From the NCBI RefSeq assembly GCF_056712565.1, contig NZ_CM160072.1: a stretch of 64,000 nt of DNA; one strand, written 5' to 3'. The notes below the pieces were generated by a model. The model worked only from the letters and a program-made list of their open reading frames with translations, made no database searches and was not told where the DNA came from. Made by a program: the position numbers and the translations under genes. Shown here one piece after another: positions 22,603 to 33,028 of the stretch; position 1 is the first letter of the stretch; every line of letters begins with the position of its first letter.

Positions 22603-22622
22603 TATGGCACGTAACGCCAACC
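22603..22622 (+). promoter_or_regulatory. mar/sox/rob box of tolC promoter
   Basis: tatggcacgtaacgccaacc upstream of a tagaat -10-like hexamer (22644-22649); matches remembered tolC marbox. Confidence 0.5.
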
Positions 22623-22706
22623 TTTTGCGGTAGCGGCTTCTGCTAGAATCCGCAATAATTTTACAGTTTGATCGCGCTAAATACTGCTTCACCACAAGGA
22701 ATGCAA

Positions 22707-24188
22707 ATGAAGAAATTGCTCCCCATTCTTATCGGCCTGAGCCTCTCTGGGTTCAGTTCGTTGAGCCAGGCCGAGAACCTGATGCAAGTTTATCAGCAAG
22801 CACGCCTTAGTAACCCGGAATTGCGTAAGTCTGCCGCCGATCGTGATGCTGCCTTTGAAAAAATTAATGAAGCGCGCAGTCCATTACTGCCACAACTAGG
22901 TTTAGGTGCAGATTACACCTATAGCAACGGCTACCGCGACGCGAACGGCATCAACTCTAACGCGACCAGTGCGTCCCTGCAGTTAACTCAATCCATTTTT
23001 GATATGTCGAAATGGCGTGCGTTAACGCTGCAGGAAAAAGCAGCTGGGATTCAGGACGTCACGTATCAGACCGATCAACAAACCTTGATCCTCAACACCG
23101 CGACCGCTTATTTCAACGTGTTGAATGCGATTGACGTTCTTTCCTATACACAGGCGCAAAAAGAAGCGATCTACCGTCAATTAGATCAAACCACCCAACG
23201 TTTTAACGTGGGCCTGGTAGCGATCACCGACGTGCAGAACGCCCGCGCACAGTACGATACCGTGCTGGCGAACGAAGTGACCGCACGTAATAACCTTGAT
23301 AACGCGGTAGAGCAGCTGCGCCAGATCACCGGTAACTACTATCCGGAACTGGCGGCGCTGAATGTCGAAAACTTTAAAACCGACAAACCACAGCCGGTTA
23401 ACACGCTGCTGAAAGAAGCCGAAAAACGTAACCTGTCGTTGTTACAGGCGCGCTTGAGCCAGGACCTGGCGCGCGAGCAAATTCGCCAGGCGCAGGACGG
23501 TCACTTACCGACTCTGGATTTGACGGCCTCTACCGGAATTTCTGACACCTCTTACAGCGGTTCAAAAACCCGTGGTGCCGCTGGTACCCAGTATGACGAT
23601 AGCAATATGGGCCAGAACAAAGTTGGCCTGAGCTTCTCGCTGCCGATTTATCAGGGCGGAATGGTTAACTCGCAGGTGAAACAGGCCCAGTACAACTTTG
23701 TTGGTGCCAGCGAGCAACTGGAAAGCGCGCATCGTAGCGTCGTGCAAACCGTACGTTCCTCCTTCAACAACATTAATGCTTCTATCAGTAGCATTAACGC
23801 CTACAAACAAGCCGTAGTTTCCGCTCAAAGCTCATTAGACGCGATGGAAGCGGGTTACTCGGTTGGTACGCGTACCATTGTTGATGTGTTGGATGCGACC
23901 ACCACGCTGTACAACGCTAAGCAAGAGCTGGCAAATGCGCGTTATAACTACCTGATTAACCAGTTGAATATTAAGTCAGCTCTGGGTACGTTGAACGAGC
24001 AGGATCTGCTGGCACTGAACAATGCGCTGAGCAAACCGGTTTCCACTAATCCGGAAAACGTTGCCCCGCAAACGCCGGAACAGAATGCTATTGCTGATGG
24101 TTATGCGCCTGATAGCCCGGCACCCGTCGTTCAGCAAACATCCGCACGCACTACCACCAGTAACGGTCATAACCCTTTCCGTAACTGA
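22707..24188 (+). CDS. tolC: outer membrane efflux channel TolC
   Basis: ORF 22668-24188; start placed at MKKLLPILIGLSLSGFSSLSQA, giving 493 aa. Confidence 0.95.
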   Translation: MKKLLPILIGLSLSGFSSLSQAENLMQVYQQARLSNPELRKSAADRDAAFEKINEARSPLLPQLGLGADYTYSNGYRDANGINSNATSASLQLTQSIFDMSKWRALTLQEKAAGIQDVTYQTDQQTLILNTATAYFNVLNAIDVLSYTQAQKEAIYRQLDQTTQRFNVGLVAITDVQNARAQYDTVLANEVTARNNLDNAVEQLRQITGNYYPELAALNVENFKTDKPQPVNTLLKEAEKRNLSLLQARLSQDLAREQIRQAQDGHLPTLDLTASTGISDTSYSGSKTRGAAGTQYDDSNMGQNKVGLSFSLPIYQGGMVNSQVKQAQYNFVGASEQLESAHRSVVQTVRSSFNNINASISSINAYKQAVVSAQSSLDAMEAGYSVGTRTIVDVLDATTTLYNAKQELANARYNYLINQLNIKSALGTLNEQDLLALNNALSKPVSTNPENVAPQTPEQNAIADGYAPDSPAPVVQQTSARTTTSNGHNPFRN

Positions 24189-24335
24189 CGACGACGACGG
24201 GGCTTCGGCCCCGTCTGAACGTAAGGCAACGTAAAGATACGGGTTATCTGCCGCATTCTTCCCCCTTCTCGCTTCAATTTCGACCAGCCATCCTCTATTC
24301 TGATGGGTATTTACCACTGGTCCCGGAAGACAAAA

Positions 24336-25007
24336 ATGAAACGGACAAAATCCATACGCCACGCATCGTTCCGCAAAAACTGGAGCGCACGCCATCTGAC
24401 ACCAGTCGCTCTCGCGGTTGCCACTGTTTTTATGCTGGCTGGCTGTGAAAAGAGTGATGAAACAGTGTCTCTCTATCAAAATGCTGACGACTGTTCAGCT
24501 GCAAACCCAGGCAAAAGCGCCGAATGTACCACCGCGTACAACAATGCGCTGAAAGAAGCCGAACGTACTGCGCCGAAATACGCCACCCGTGAAGACTGTG
24601 TTGCTGAATTTGGTGAAGGTCAGTGCCAGCAGGCACCAGCCCAGGCTGGCATGGCACCAGAAAACCAGGCGCAGGCCCAGCAATCCAGCGGGAGTTTCTG
24701 GATGCCGCTGATGGCCGGTTACATGATGGGACGTCTGATGGGCGGCGGCGCGGGATTTGCACAGCAGCCGCTGTTCTCCTCGAAAAACCCGGCCAGCCCG
24801 GCTTACGGTAAATATACCGACGCGACCGGTAAAAACTATGGCGCAGCCCAGCCAGGCCGCACCATGACCGTACCGAAGACGGCAATGGCACCAAAACCGG
24901 CGACCACTACTACTGTTACCCGTGGCGGTTTTGGTGAATCTGTTGCCAAACAAAGCACTATGCAGCGTAGCGCAACCGGCACCTCTTCTCGTTCAATGGG
25001 TGGCTGA
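24336..25007 (+). CDS. ygiB: DUF1190 lipoprotein-like protein YgiB
   Basis: ORF 24303-25007; start placed at MKRTKSI..., 223 aa; ...MLAGC lipobox-like. Confidence 0.85.
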
Positions 25008-25012
25008 TACCG

Positions 25013-26173
25013 ATGGAAAGAGTCAGTATTACCGAGCGCCCGGACTGGCGCGAAAAAGCCCACGAATACGGTTTCAATTTTCACACCATGTACGGCGAGC
25101 CGTACTGGTGTGAAGATGCTTACTACAAGTTGACCCTCGCCCAGGTTGAAAAGCTGGAAGAAGTCACCGCCGAACTGCACCAGATGTGCCTGAAAGTGGT
25201 GGAAAAAGTGATCGCCAGCGATGAGCTGATGACCAAATTCCGCATTCCAAAACACACCTGGAGTTTTGTGCGCCAGTCATGGCTGACGCACCAGCCATCG
25301 CTTTATTCGCGTCTTGATCTGGCGTGGGATGGCACTGGCGAACCTAAACTTCTGGAAAATAACGCCGATACGCCAACGTCACTATACGAGGCGGCGTTCT
25401 TTCAGTGGATCTGGCTGGAAGATCAGCTTAACGCCGGTAACTTGCCGGAGGGCAGCGACCAGTTTAACAGTTTGCAAGAAAAGCTGATCGATCGCTTCGT
25501 TGAGCTGCGTGAACAGTATGGCTTCCAGTTGCTGCATCTCACCTGCTGTCGCGACACGGTGGAAGATCGCGGAACCATTCAGTATTTGCAGGACTGCGCG
25601 ACGGAAGCTGAAATCGCTACCGAGTTCCTCTACATCGACGATATCGGGTTAGGTGAAAAAGGTCAGTTCACGGATTTACAGGATCAGGTGATTTCCAACC
25701 TGTTCAAGCTGTATCCGTGGGAATTTATGTTGCGTGAGATGTTCTCCACCAAGCTGGAGGATGCAGGCGTACGCTGGCTGGAACCGGCGTGGAAGAGCAT
25801 TATCTCCAACAAAGCGCTTCTACCGCTACTGTGGGAGATGTTCCCGAATCACCCGAACCTGCTGCCCGCTTATTTTGCGGAAGATGATCATCCGCAAATG
25901 GAAAAATATGTGGTTAAACCGATCTTCTCCCGTGAAGGCGCAAACGTGTCGATCATTGAGAACGGCAAAACCATTGCAGCAGCGGAAGGTCCGTATGGCG
26001 AAGAAGGGATGATTGTTCAGCAATTCCACCCGTTACCGAAATTCGGCGACAGCTATATGCTGATTGGTAGCTGGCTGGTGAACGATCAACCTGCCGGAAT
26101 TGGCATTCGTGAAGACCGTGCATTGATCACCCAGGATATGTCTCGGTTTTATCCGCATATTTTTGTTGAGTAA
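25013..26173 (+). CDS. ygiC: glutathionylspermidine synthase-like ATP-grasp protein YgiC
   Basis: 386-aa ORF immediately after ygiB. Confidence 0.88.
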   Translation: MERVSITERPDWREKAHEYGFNFHTMYGEPYWCEDAYYKLTLAQVEKLEEVTAELHQMCLKVVEKVIASDELMTKFRIPKHTWSFVRQSWLTHQPSLYSRLDLAWDGTGEPKLLENNADTPTSLYEAAFFQWIWLEDQLNAGNLPEGSDQFNSLQEKLIDRFVELREQYGFQLLHLTCCRDTVEDRGTIQYLQDCATEAEIATEFLYIDDIGLGEKGQFTDLQDQVISNLFKLYPWEFMLREMFSTKLEDAGVRWLEPAWKSIISNKALLPLLWEMFPNHPNLLPAYFAEDDHPQMEKYVVKPIFSREGANVSIIENGKTIAAAEGPYGEEGMIVQQFHPLPKFGDSYMLIGSWLVNDQPAGIGIREDRALITQDMSRFYPHIFVE

Positions 26174-26657
26174 TACAGCTTAATATTGCCCCGATAAGCG
26201 GGGCAATCTCTTATAATCCACCATTCATAACTCCCATCAATATATAAACACATACATATCCAACCTTTATTTAACATTAATACTCAATTTAATGTTAAAT
26301 CGTCATATGCAAGCGATATTGTAATTAAAGTAAGTGAATACATCACAACATAACTATTTGATATTATTTAAATACTTTACTTTTATCTCACCAGATTTAA
26401 ATTTAATAATTAAAAAACAATGTTGCAGGGATCACACTACACAGTATTGAACATTGTGATTGATATATTGCCCCCCTACTATCCATTAAACATAAATATT
26501 TGTTTCACCGAATAACAACATATTTAAAAGAAACACAAAAGCATTCTCACTCTTTATTGAATTAATATTTATATTCACGTAACGAATTTATTAGCACCCT
26601 CTCAACAGTCGATATTCATCATTATTATATATTTGCGTTATATAAGGAGATATATCC

Positions 26658-28454
26658 ATGTTTGATAAATATAGAAAAACACTCGTAGCCGGAACTGTGG
26701 CGATAACCCTGGGTTTGTCAGCATCGGGGGTGATGGCTGCGGGTTTTAAACCAGCGCCACCTGCCGGGCAACTGGGTGCGGTCATTGTCGATCCCTACGG
26801 CAATGCACCACTGACCGCTTTGGTTGACTTAGATAGCCATGTTATTTCTGACGTCAAAGTTACCGTCCATGGGAAGGGCGAAAAAGGCGTAGAAATCAGC
26901 TATCCCGTGGGTCAGGAATCACTAAAAACTTACGATGGTGTACCGATTTTTGGTCTTTATCAGAAATTTGCTAACAAAGTGACCGTTGAGTGGAAAGAAA
27001 ACGGCAAGGTCATGAAAGATGATTATGTGGTGCACACTTCGGCCATCGTCAATAATTACATGGATAACCGCTCTATCTCCGATTTACAACAGACCAAAGT
27101 TATTAAAGTCGCACCGGGTTTTGAAGATCGCCTCTATCTGGTTAATACCCACACCTTTACCGCCCAAGGTTCCGATCTCCACTGGCATGGTGAGAAAGAT
27201 AAAAATGCCGGTATCCTTGATGCGGGTCCGGCAACCGGCGCACTCCCTTTTGATATCGCGCCCTTTACTTTCATCGTCGATACCGAAGGTGAATACCGCT
27301 GGTGGCTGGATCAAGACACTTTCTACGATGGTCGTGACCGCGATATCAACAAGCGTGGTTATCTGATGGGTATCCGCGAAACGCCACGCGGCACCTTTAC
27401 CGCTGTACAAGGTCAGCACTGGTACGAGTTCGACATGATGGGGCAGGTGCTCGAAGATCACAAACTACCGCGCGGATTTGCTGACGCCACTCATGAGTCC
27501 ATTGAGACGCCAAATGGCACGGTACTGTTGCGCGTAGGTAAGAGTAACTATCGTCGCGATGACGGCGTACACGTCACCACCATTCGTGACCATATCCTCG
27601 AAGTCGATAAATCTGGTCGCGTTGTCGATGTATGGGATCTGACCAAGATCCTCGATCCGAAACGCGATGCACTGCTCGGCGCGCTGGATGCAGGTGCAGT
27701 TTGCGTTAACGTTGACCTTGCCCATGCAGGACAACAGGCAAAACTGGAACCAGATACACCGTTCGGCGACGCGCTGGGTGTAGGGCCAGGCCGCAACTGG
27801 GCGCACGTGAACTCTATCGCCTATGACGCAAAAGATGACTCTATCATCCTCTCCTCTCGCCACCAGGGTGTTGTGAAGATTGGTCGTGATAAGCAAGTGA
27901 AATGGATCCTTGCGCCCTCTAAAGGTTGGGAAAAACCGCTGGCCAGCAAGCTGCTGAAACCGGTTGATGCTAACGGTAAGCCAATTACCTGTAACGAAAA
28001 TGGCCTGTGCGAAAACTCAGACTTCGACTTTACCTACACCCAGCATACCGCCTGGATTTCCAGCAAAGGAACGCTCACCATTTTTGATAATGGCGATGGG
28101 CGTCATCTGGAACAACCTGCCTTACCAACCATGAAATACTCTCGCTTTGTGGAATATAAGATTGATGAGAAGAAAGGCACCGTTCAGCAAGTGTGGGAAT
28201 ACGGTAAAGAACGTGGCTACGATTTCTATAGCCCGATTACCTCCATCATTGAATATCAAGCCGACCGTAACACCATGTTTGGCTTCGGTGGTTCTATTCA
28301 TTTGTTCGATGTCGGGCAGCCAACCGTCGGTAAGTTGAACGAAATCGATTACAAAACCAAAGAAGTGAAAGTGGAAATCGACGTGCTGTCAGATAAACCC
28401 AATCAGACTCACTACCGTGCGCTGTTAGTCCGTCCACAACAGATGTTCAAATAA
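26658..28454 (+). CDS. assT: periplasmic arylsulfate sulfotransferase
   Basis: 598-aa ORF with signal peptide; followed by dsbL and dsbI as in uropathogenic E. coli. Confidence 0.88.
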   Translation: MFDKYRKTLVAGTVAITLGLSASGVMAAGFKPAPPAGQLGAVIVDPYGNAPLTALVDLDSHVISDVKVTVHGKGEKGVEISYPVGQESLKTYDGVPIFGLYQKFANKVTVEWKENGKVMKDDYVVHTSAIVNNYMDNRSISDLQQTKVIKVAPGFEDRLYLVNTHTFTAQGSDLHWHGEKDKNAGILDAGPATGALPFDIAPFTFIVDTEGEYRWWLDQDTFYDGRDRDINKRGYLMGIRETPRGTFTAVQGQHWYEFDMMGQVLEDHKLPRGFADATHESIETPNGTVLLRVGKSNYRRDDGVHVTTIRDHILEVDKSGRVVDVWDLTKILDPKRDALLGALDAGAVCVNVDLAHAGQQAKLEPDTPFGDALGVGPGRNWAHVNSIAYDAKDDSIILSSRHQGVVKIGRDKQVKWILAPSKGWEKPLASKLLKPVDANGKPITCNENGLCENSDFDFTYTQHTAWISSKGTLTIFDNGDGRHLEQPALPTMKYSRFVEYKIDEKKGTVQQVWEYGKERGYDFYSPITSIIEYQADRNTMFGFGGSIHLFDVGQPTVGKLNEIDYKTKEVKVEIDVLSDKPNQTHYRALLVRPQQMFK

Positions 28455-28471
28455 TTAAGAAGGGAATAAAA

Positions 28472-29140
28472 ATGTCGAAATTAGGGATCTCATCACTATT
28501 TAAAACCATACTGCTTACCGCAGCTCTGGCGGTTTCATTTACCGCTTCTGCATTTACCGAAGGCACGGATTACATGGTTCTGGAAAAACCAATTCCGAAT
28601 GCCGACAAAACGCTGATTAAGGTATTTAGCTACGCCTGCCCGTTCTGTTACAAGTACGACAAAGCGGTTACCGGTCCGGTATCGGAAAAAGTGAAAGATA
28701 TCGTTGCTTTCACGCCATTCCATCTGGAAACAAAAGGTGAATACGGCAAACAAGCAAGCGAAGTCTTTGCGGTCTTGATCAATAAAGATAAAGCAGCAGG
28801 CATTTCCTTATTTGATGCTAACTCTCAGTTTAAGAAAGCCAAGTTTGCCTACTACGCGGCTTATCACGACAAAAAAGAACGCTGGTCTGACGGTAAAGAT
28901 CCGGCTGCTTTTATCAAAACCGGTCTGGATGCCGCAGGTATGAGTCAGGCGGATTTTGAAGCGGCACTGAAAGAACCAGCGGTTCAAGAAACACTGAAAA
29001 AATGGAAAGCCTCTTATGATGTCGCCAAAATCCAGGGAGTTCCAGCCTATGTCGTTAATGGTAAGTACTTGATCTACACCAAGAGCATCAAATCCATCGA
29101 CGCGATGGCAGACCTTATCCGTGAGTTAGCAAGCAAATAA
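28472..29140 (+). CDS. dsbL: periplasmic thiol:disulfide oxidoreductase DsbL (DsbA paralogue)
   Basis: 222-aa ORF with signal peptide and CPFC active-site motif. Confidence 0.88.
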
Positions 29141-29154
29141 CAGGGAAACAGGCT

Positions 29155-29826
29155 ATGGGTATTAAGGGAATGTGGAAAGATCTTCGCACATCACCAGTTG
29201 ACACACTGGTCAGATGGCAGGAGCAACGCTTGTTGTGGTTGTTAATGGCCGTTGCGATGGGCGCGTTAATTATCCTGGCGCACTCTTTCTTCCAGATCTA
29301 TCTCTACATGGCACCCTGTGAGCAATGTGTATACATTCGCTACGCCATGTTTGTGATGGTTATTGGAGGATTGGTTGCAGCGATCAACCCAAAGAACATC
29401 ATCCTAAAGCTAATTGGCTGCGTGATGGCATTTTACGGCAGCATTTTGGGACTGAAGTTTTCGCTCAAACTGAACGATATCCACCATGCAGTACATAATC
29501 CGGATCCCGATTCACTGTTTGGCGTACAGGGTTGCTCTACCGATCCCACTTTTCCCTTTAACCTGCCGCTGGCACAGTGGGCACCAAATTGGTTCAAGCC
29601 TACCGGGGATTGTGGCTATGACGCACCAATCGTTCCTGATGGCGTCACACTGAGCAGCACGCAACAGTGGTTTGTGGAAATGTATCAGCAATCTGAAGGC
29701 TGGTATCTGCTACCACCATGGCATTTTATGAATATGGCTCAGGCTTGTATGCTGGCTTTTGGTATGTGTCTGGTGCTGCTGGTCATTATGAGTGGCGCAT
29801 GGGCGCTTAAAATCATCAGAGGCTAA
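29155..29826 (+). CDS. dsbI: membrane disulfide oxidoreductase DsbI (DsbB paralogue)
   Basis: 223-aa membrane ORF with CEQC motif. Confidence 0.88.
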
Positions 29827-29835
29827 CTCAGCAAC

Positions 29836-29870
29836 ACCCGAAGCCAGTCGTTCTGGCTTCGGGTTCTTTT
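29836..29870. terminator. bidirectional hairpin terminator between dsbI and ygiD
   Basis: acccgaagccag-tcgtt-ctggcttcgggt perfect stem followed by tctttt. Confidence 0.65.
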
Positions 29871-29871
29871 A

Positions 29872-30660
29872 TTAACCTATCTGCACCGACAGCATACTTA
29901 AACTGCCCATTTCTATACCATCGACCGGAATGGTAATTGGCTCCTGCCCATCCCACGCCCCTAAGACATACAACAACGGCAGATAGTGCTCTGGCGTTGG
30001 GTTCGATAACGCGCCACCTTCATGGTCGAGATAATTCACCAGAGGATGTTGTTCCACTGGCCCTTGCCACGTCAGATTCGCTTTCACATACTCATTAAAC
30101 GACGTCGCCCACGGATACGGTGAACTATCACCGTGCCACTTCACTGTACGCAGGTTATGCACCACGTTGCCACTGGCGACCAACATTATCCCTTCATCAC
30201 GCAGCGCCGCGAGTTTGCGCCCCATTTCGAAATGCCAGGCGGCAGGTTTGCTACTGTCGATACTCAACTGCACCATCGGGATATCGGCGTCAGGGTACAT
30301 CTTAATCAGCACTCCCCAGGAACCGTGGTCAAAGCCCCAGGCTTCTTTATCCAGCGCCACAGGAACCGGCGCTAACAGCTCAACCAGACGCTGTGCCAGC
30401 GCAGGCGAACCCGGAGCAGGATAATGCGTATCGTACAGTGCCTGCGGGAAGCCACCAAAATCATGAATCGTGGGCGGCGTCTCCATCGCGGTCACTCCTG
30501 TTCCCCGGGTAAACCAGTGAGCCGAAACCACCACAATCGCTTTCGGGCGTGGCAATGTCATTCCCAACGTCTGCCAGCTGCGGGTATACAAATTATCTTC
30601 CAGCACGTTCATCGGACTACCGTGACCTAAAAACAATGCTGGCATACGTGTTGAAGACAT
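29872..30660 (-). CDS. ygiD: 4,5-DOPA dioxygenase extradiol-like protein YgiD
   Basis: ORF 29872-30687; start placed at MSSTRMPALFLGHGSPMN (262 aa). Confidence 0.88.
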   Translation of the reverse strand: MSSTRMPALFLGHGSPMNVLEDNLYTRSWQTLGMTLPRPKAIVVVSAHWFTRGTGVTAMETPPTIHDFGGFPQALYDTHYPAPGSPALAQRLVELLAPVPVALDKEAWGFDHGSWGVLIKMYPDADIPMVQLSIDSSKPAAWHFEMGRKLAALRDEGIMLVASGNVVHNLRTVKWHGDSSPYPWATSFNEYVKANLTWQGPVEQHPLVNYLDHEGGALSNPTPEHYLPLLYVLGAWDGQEPITIPVDGIEMGSLSMLSVQIG

Positions 30661-30802
30661 GATGATATCCTTAACTAAAGGTGTCATTTTGATATCCTCA
30701 CAATACGCTTGTTCGGCGGAGTAAGAACCCGGATAACAATGATGATGATCATCAGTTATTTTGACGATCTGCCTGAAGGTGAAGATTTATAAGGAGTTGT
30801 CG

Positions 30803-31576
30803 ATGTCAGTACCTCTCATTCTGACCATACTGGCGGGGGCAGCCACGTTTATTGGCGCGTTTCTCGGCGTTCTCGGGCAAAAACCCTCGAACCGCTTACT
30901 GGCGTTTTCGCTAGGATTTGCGGCGGGGATCATGTTGCTCATCTCATTAATGGAAATGCTTCCTGCCGCATTAGCCGCCGAAGGAATGTCGCCTGTGTTG
31001 GGTTATGGAATGTTTATCTTCGGTCTGCTTGGCTATTTTGGCCTGGACCGCATGTTGCCACATGCGCATCCGCAGGATTTAATGCAAAAATCGGTGCAGC
31101 CGTTGCCAAAATCGATCAAGCGCACAGCCATTCTGCTCACTCTCGGCATCAGTCTGCATAACTTCCCGGAAGGGATTGCCACCTTTGTCACGGCGAGCAG
31201 CAACCTGGAGCTGGGATTTGGCATCGCCCTGGCCGTAGCGTTGCACAATATTCCTGAAGGTCTGGCGGTTGCAGGCCCGGTTTACGCTGCAACAGGATCG
31301 AAACGTACCGCGATTCTGTGGGCGGGCATTTCCGGACTGGCTGAAATTCTCGGTGGCGTTCTGGCGTGGTTAATTCTTGGCAGCATGATTTCTCCGGTGG
31401 TCATGGCGGCAATCATGGCGGCGGTTGCAGGAATTATGGTGGCGCTCTCCGTTGATGAATTAATGCCGCTCGCCAAAGAGATTGACCCCAATAATAACCC
31501 CAGCTATGGCGTGCTATGTGGAATGTCAGTGATGGGATTCAGTTTAGTGCTGCTACAAACGGCGGGAATTGGTTAA
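30803..31576 (+). CDS. zupT: zinc transporter ZupT (ZIP family)
   Basis: ORF 30761-31576; start placed at [22 protein letters not shown] (257 aa). Confidence 0.92.
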
Positions 31577-31587
31577 AGACGATAATG

Positions 31588-31621
31588 ACAGATGTTGCCC
31601 ATTGCTAAAGGCAACATCTGT
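31588..31621. terminator. hairpin terminator downstream of zupT
   Basis: acagatgttgcc - cattgctaaag - ggcaacatctgt inverted repeat. Confidence 0.6.
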
Positions 31622-31637
31622 ATCGTTATTAAAGGTA

Positions 31638-31823
31638 TTATTGATGCTTTTCAAACACTTCTTTATCGGAGCGTTTATCTAATTTACTTCGGGCAGCTAA
31701 CAGCGCATCTCTGTCATGGCGAAAAGCTTTACAGTAACGTTTAAGATGAAGAAAATAGCCACCAGCCAGTAGAACAATTAATACAATCCAGTACCAGGCA
31801 ATAAACATCCTTTTCACCTTCAA
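31638..31823 (-). CDS. small single-TM membrane protein (61 aa), hypothetical
   Basis: ORF MKVKRMFIAWYWIVLIVLLAGGYFLHLKRY... with one hydrophobic helix and basic tail; flanked by terminator hairpin and AT-rich upstream region. Confidence 0.4.
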   Translation of the reverse strand: MKVKRMFIAWYWIVLIVLLAGGYFLHLKRYCKAFRHDRDALLAARSKLDKRSDKEVFEKHQ

Positions 31824-32378
31824 AATTTAACATTACTAAACATTTAGCGTTAAAATTTCACATATCCATCGTTGAATACATTCATATACTCGCATAATTC
31901 TGGATCAAGTATATGATTTCGATCATAGTAAGTGTTGTATTATATACCATATCTGGTCAAAAAAAGAACAACCAAGGCTATTAATATATATTATCCCCCG
32001 ATAAAACATTACTAATTAATAATAAAACTTAATAAGCATCGCTAGATATATATTATATCTTCACGATTATTAAGCCCCTACTCGTTATAATAAGTATACA
32101 CTCCCCCCTTTACAACATTAGGCGTAAACCTTTGTCAACAAACGGTTGTTTTTTCGCCGCAATTCATACAAAAAAATTATCACAAATAACGATAAACAAC
32201 AAACATCTAGATATATACACCTCAATATATAACGGGGAATTATATTTTAAGTTTTACTTAATCAGCATTTAATATAAATAACGAGTCAAATTATCTCAGG
32301 TTATGGTAATGTCCATAGCTGAATTAATATTAAATTCAAACCTGTATTTTCCTCATCCATTTATAAAGGATTATAGTC

Positions 32379-32942
32379 ATGTTAAAAAAAACATTGTTAT
32401 CTATGTTCGCAACCGCATTGTTATCAGGCGTTGCTTTTAACGCTCTTGCTGACGATGCTAATCAGGGTTCAGGTAAAATTACTTTTAAAGGTGAAGTTAT
32501 CGATGCACCTTGTTCTATTGCTCCTGGTGATGAAGATCAGACAATAAACCTCGGTGAAGTTGCTGATACCGTATTAAAAAGCGGTCAGAAATCACTGCCT
32601 GTAGATGTCACCATTCATTTGCAGGATTGTATTTTATCTGACGGCACTAACACTGTTGATAAAGTCAAAATCACCTTTAGTTCTGCCAGTGTTGACGCTA
32701 CCGACTCCAACCTGCTTAAAAACACTCTGGAAGGTAACATCGGCGGCGCAACTGATGTAGGCGTACGTCTGGTGAAATCAGACAACACCAACGTGACTCT
32801 TGGCACTCCAATCACTATCAACTTCCCGACGACTAACTCTTACCAGGAGTTGAACTTTAAAGCCCGTATGGAGTCTCTGGGACGCACCGCGACCCCGGGT
32901 AACGTGCAGGCACAGGCTAATTACGTACTCGACTACAAGTAA
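32379..32942 (+). CDS. fimbrial major subunit (chaperone-usher pilin)
   Basis: 187-aa ORF with signal peptide, pilin Cys pair and C-terminal beta-strand (…ANYVLDYK). Confidence 0.85.
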   Translation: MLKKTLLSMFATALLSGVAFNALADDANQGSGKITFKGEVIDAPCSIAPGDEDQTINLGEVADTVLKSGQKSLPVDVTIHLQDCILSDGTNTVDKVKITFSSASVDATDSNLLKNTLEGNIGGATDVGVRLVKSDNTNVTLGTPITINFPTTNSYQELNFKARMESLGRTATPGNVQAQANYVLDYK

Positions 32943-33028
32943 TCGGTAGTCAATACCTACACAACGCCAGGCGGTAAAGCCGATGAAATTTCATCGGCAA
33001 CTTTGGGCCTTTTTAGAAATGGATTTTT

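Noticed and set aside
24430-25255. Several 139-154-aa minus-strand ORFs overlapping ygiB/ygiC
   Set aside because: Antisense to well-supported ygiB/ygiC; Arg/Gly-rich products typical of GC-rich antisense frames.
27084-27896. 125-aa and 143-aa minus-strand ORFs inside assT
   Set aside because: Antisense to assT, no start-site context; rejected as shadow ORFs.
31824-32378. Possible invertible promoter switch (fimS-like) upstream of the fimbrial operon
   Set aside because: AT-rich with short repeats, but no flanking site-specific recombinase gene (fimB/fimE-like) and no clear 9-bp inverted repeats bracketing a promoter; treated as an ordinary AT-rich leader.
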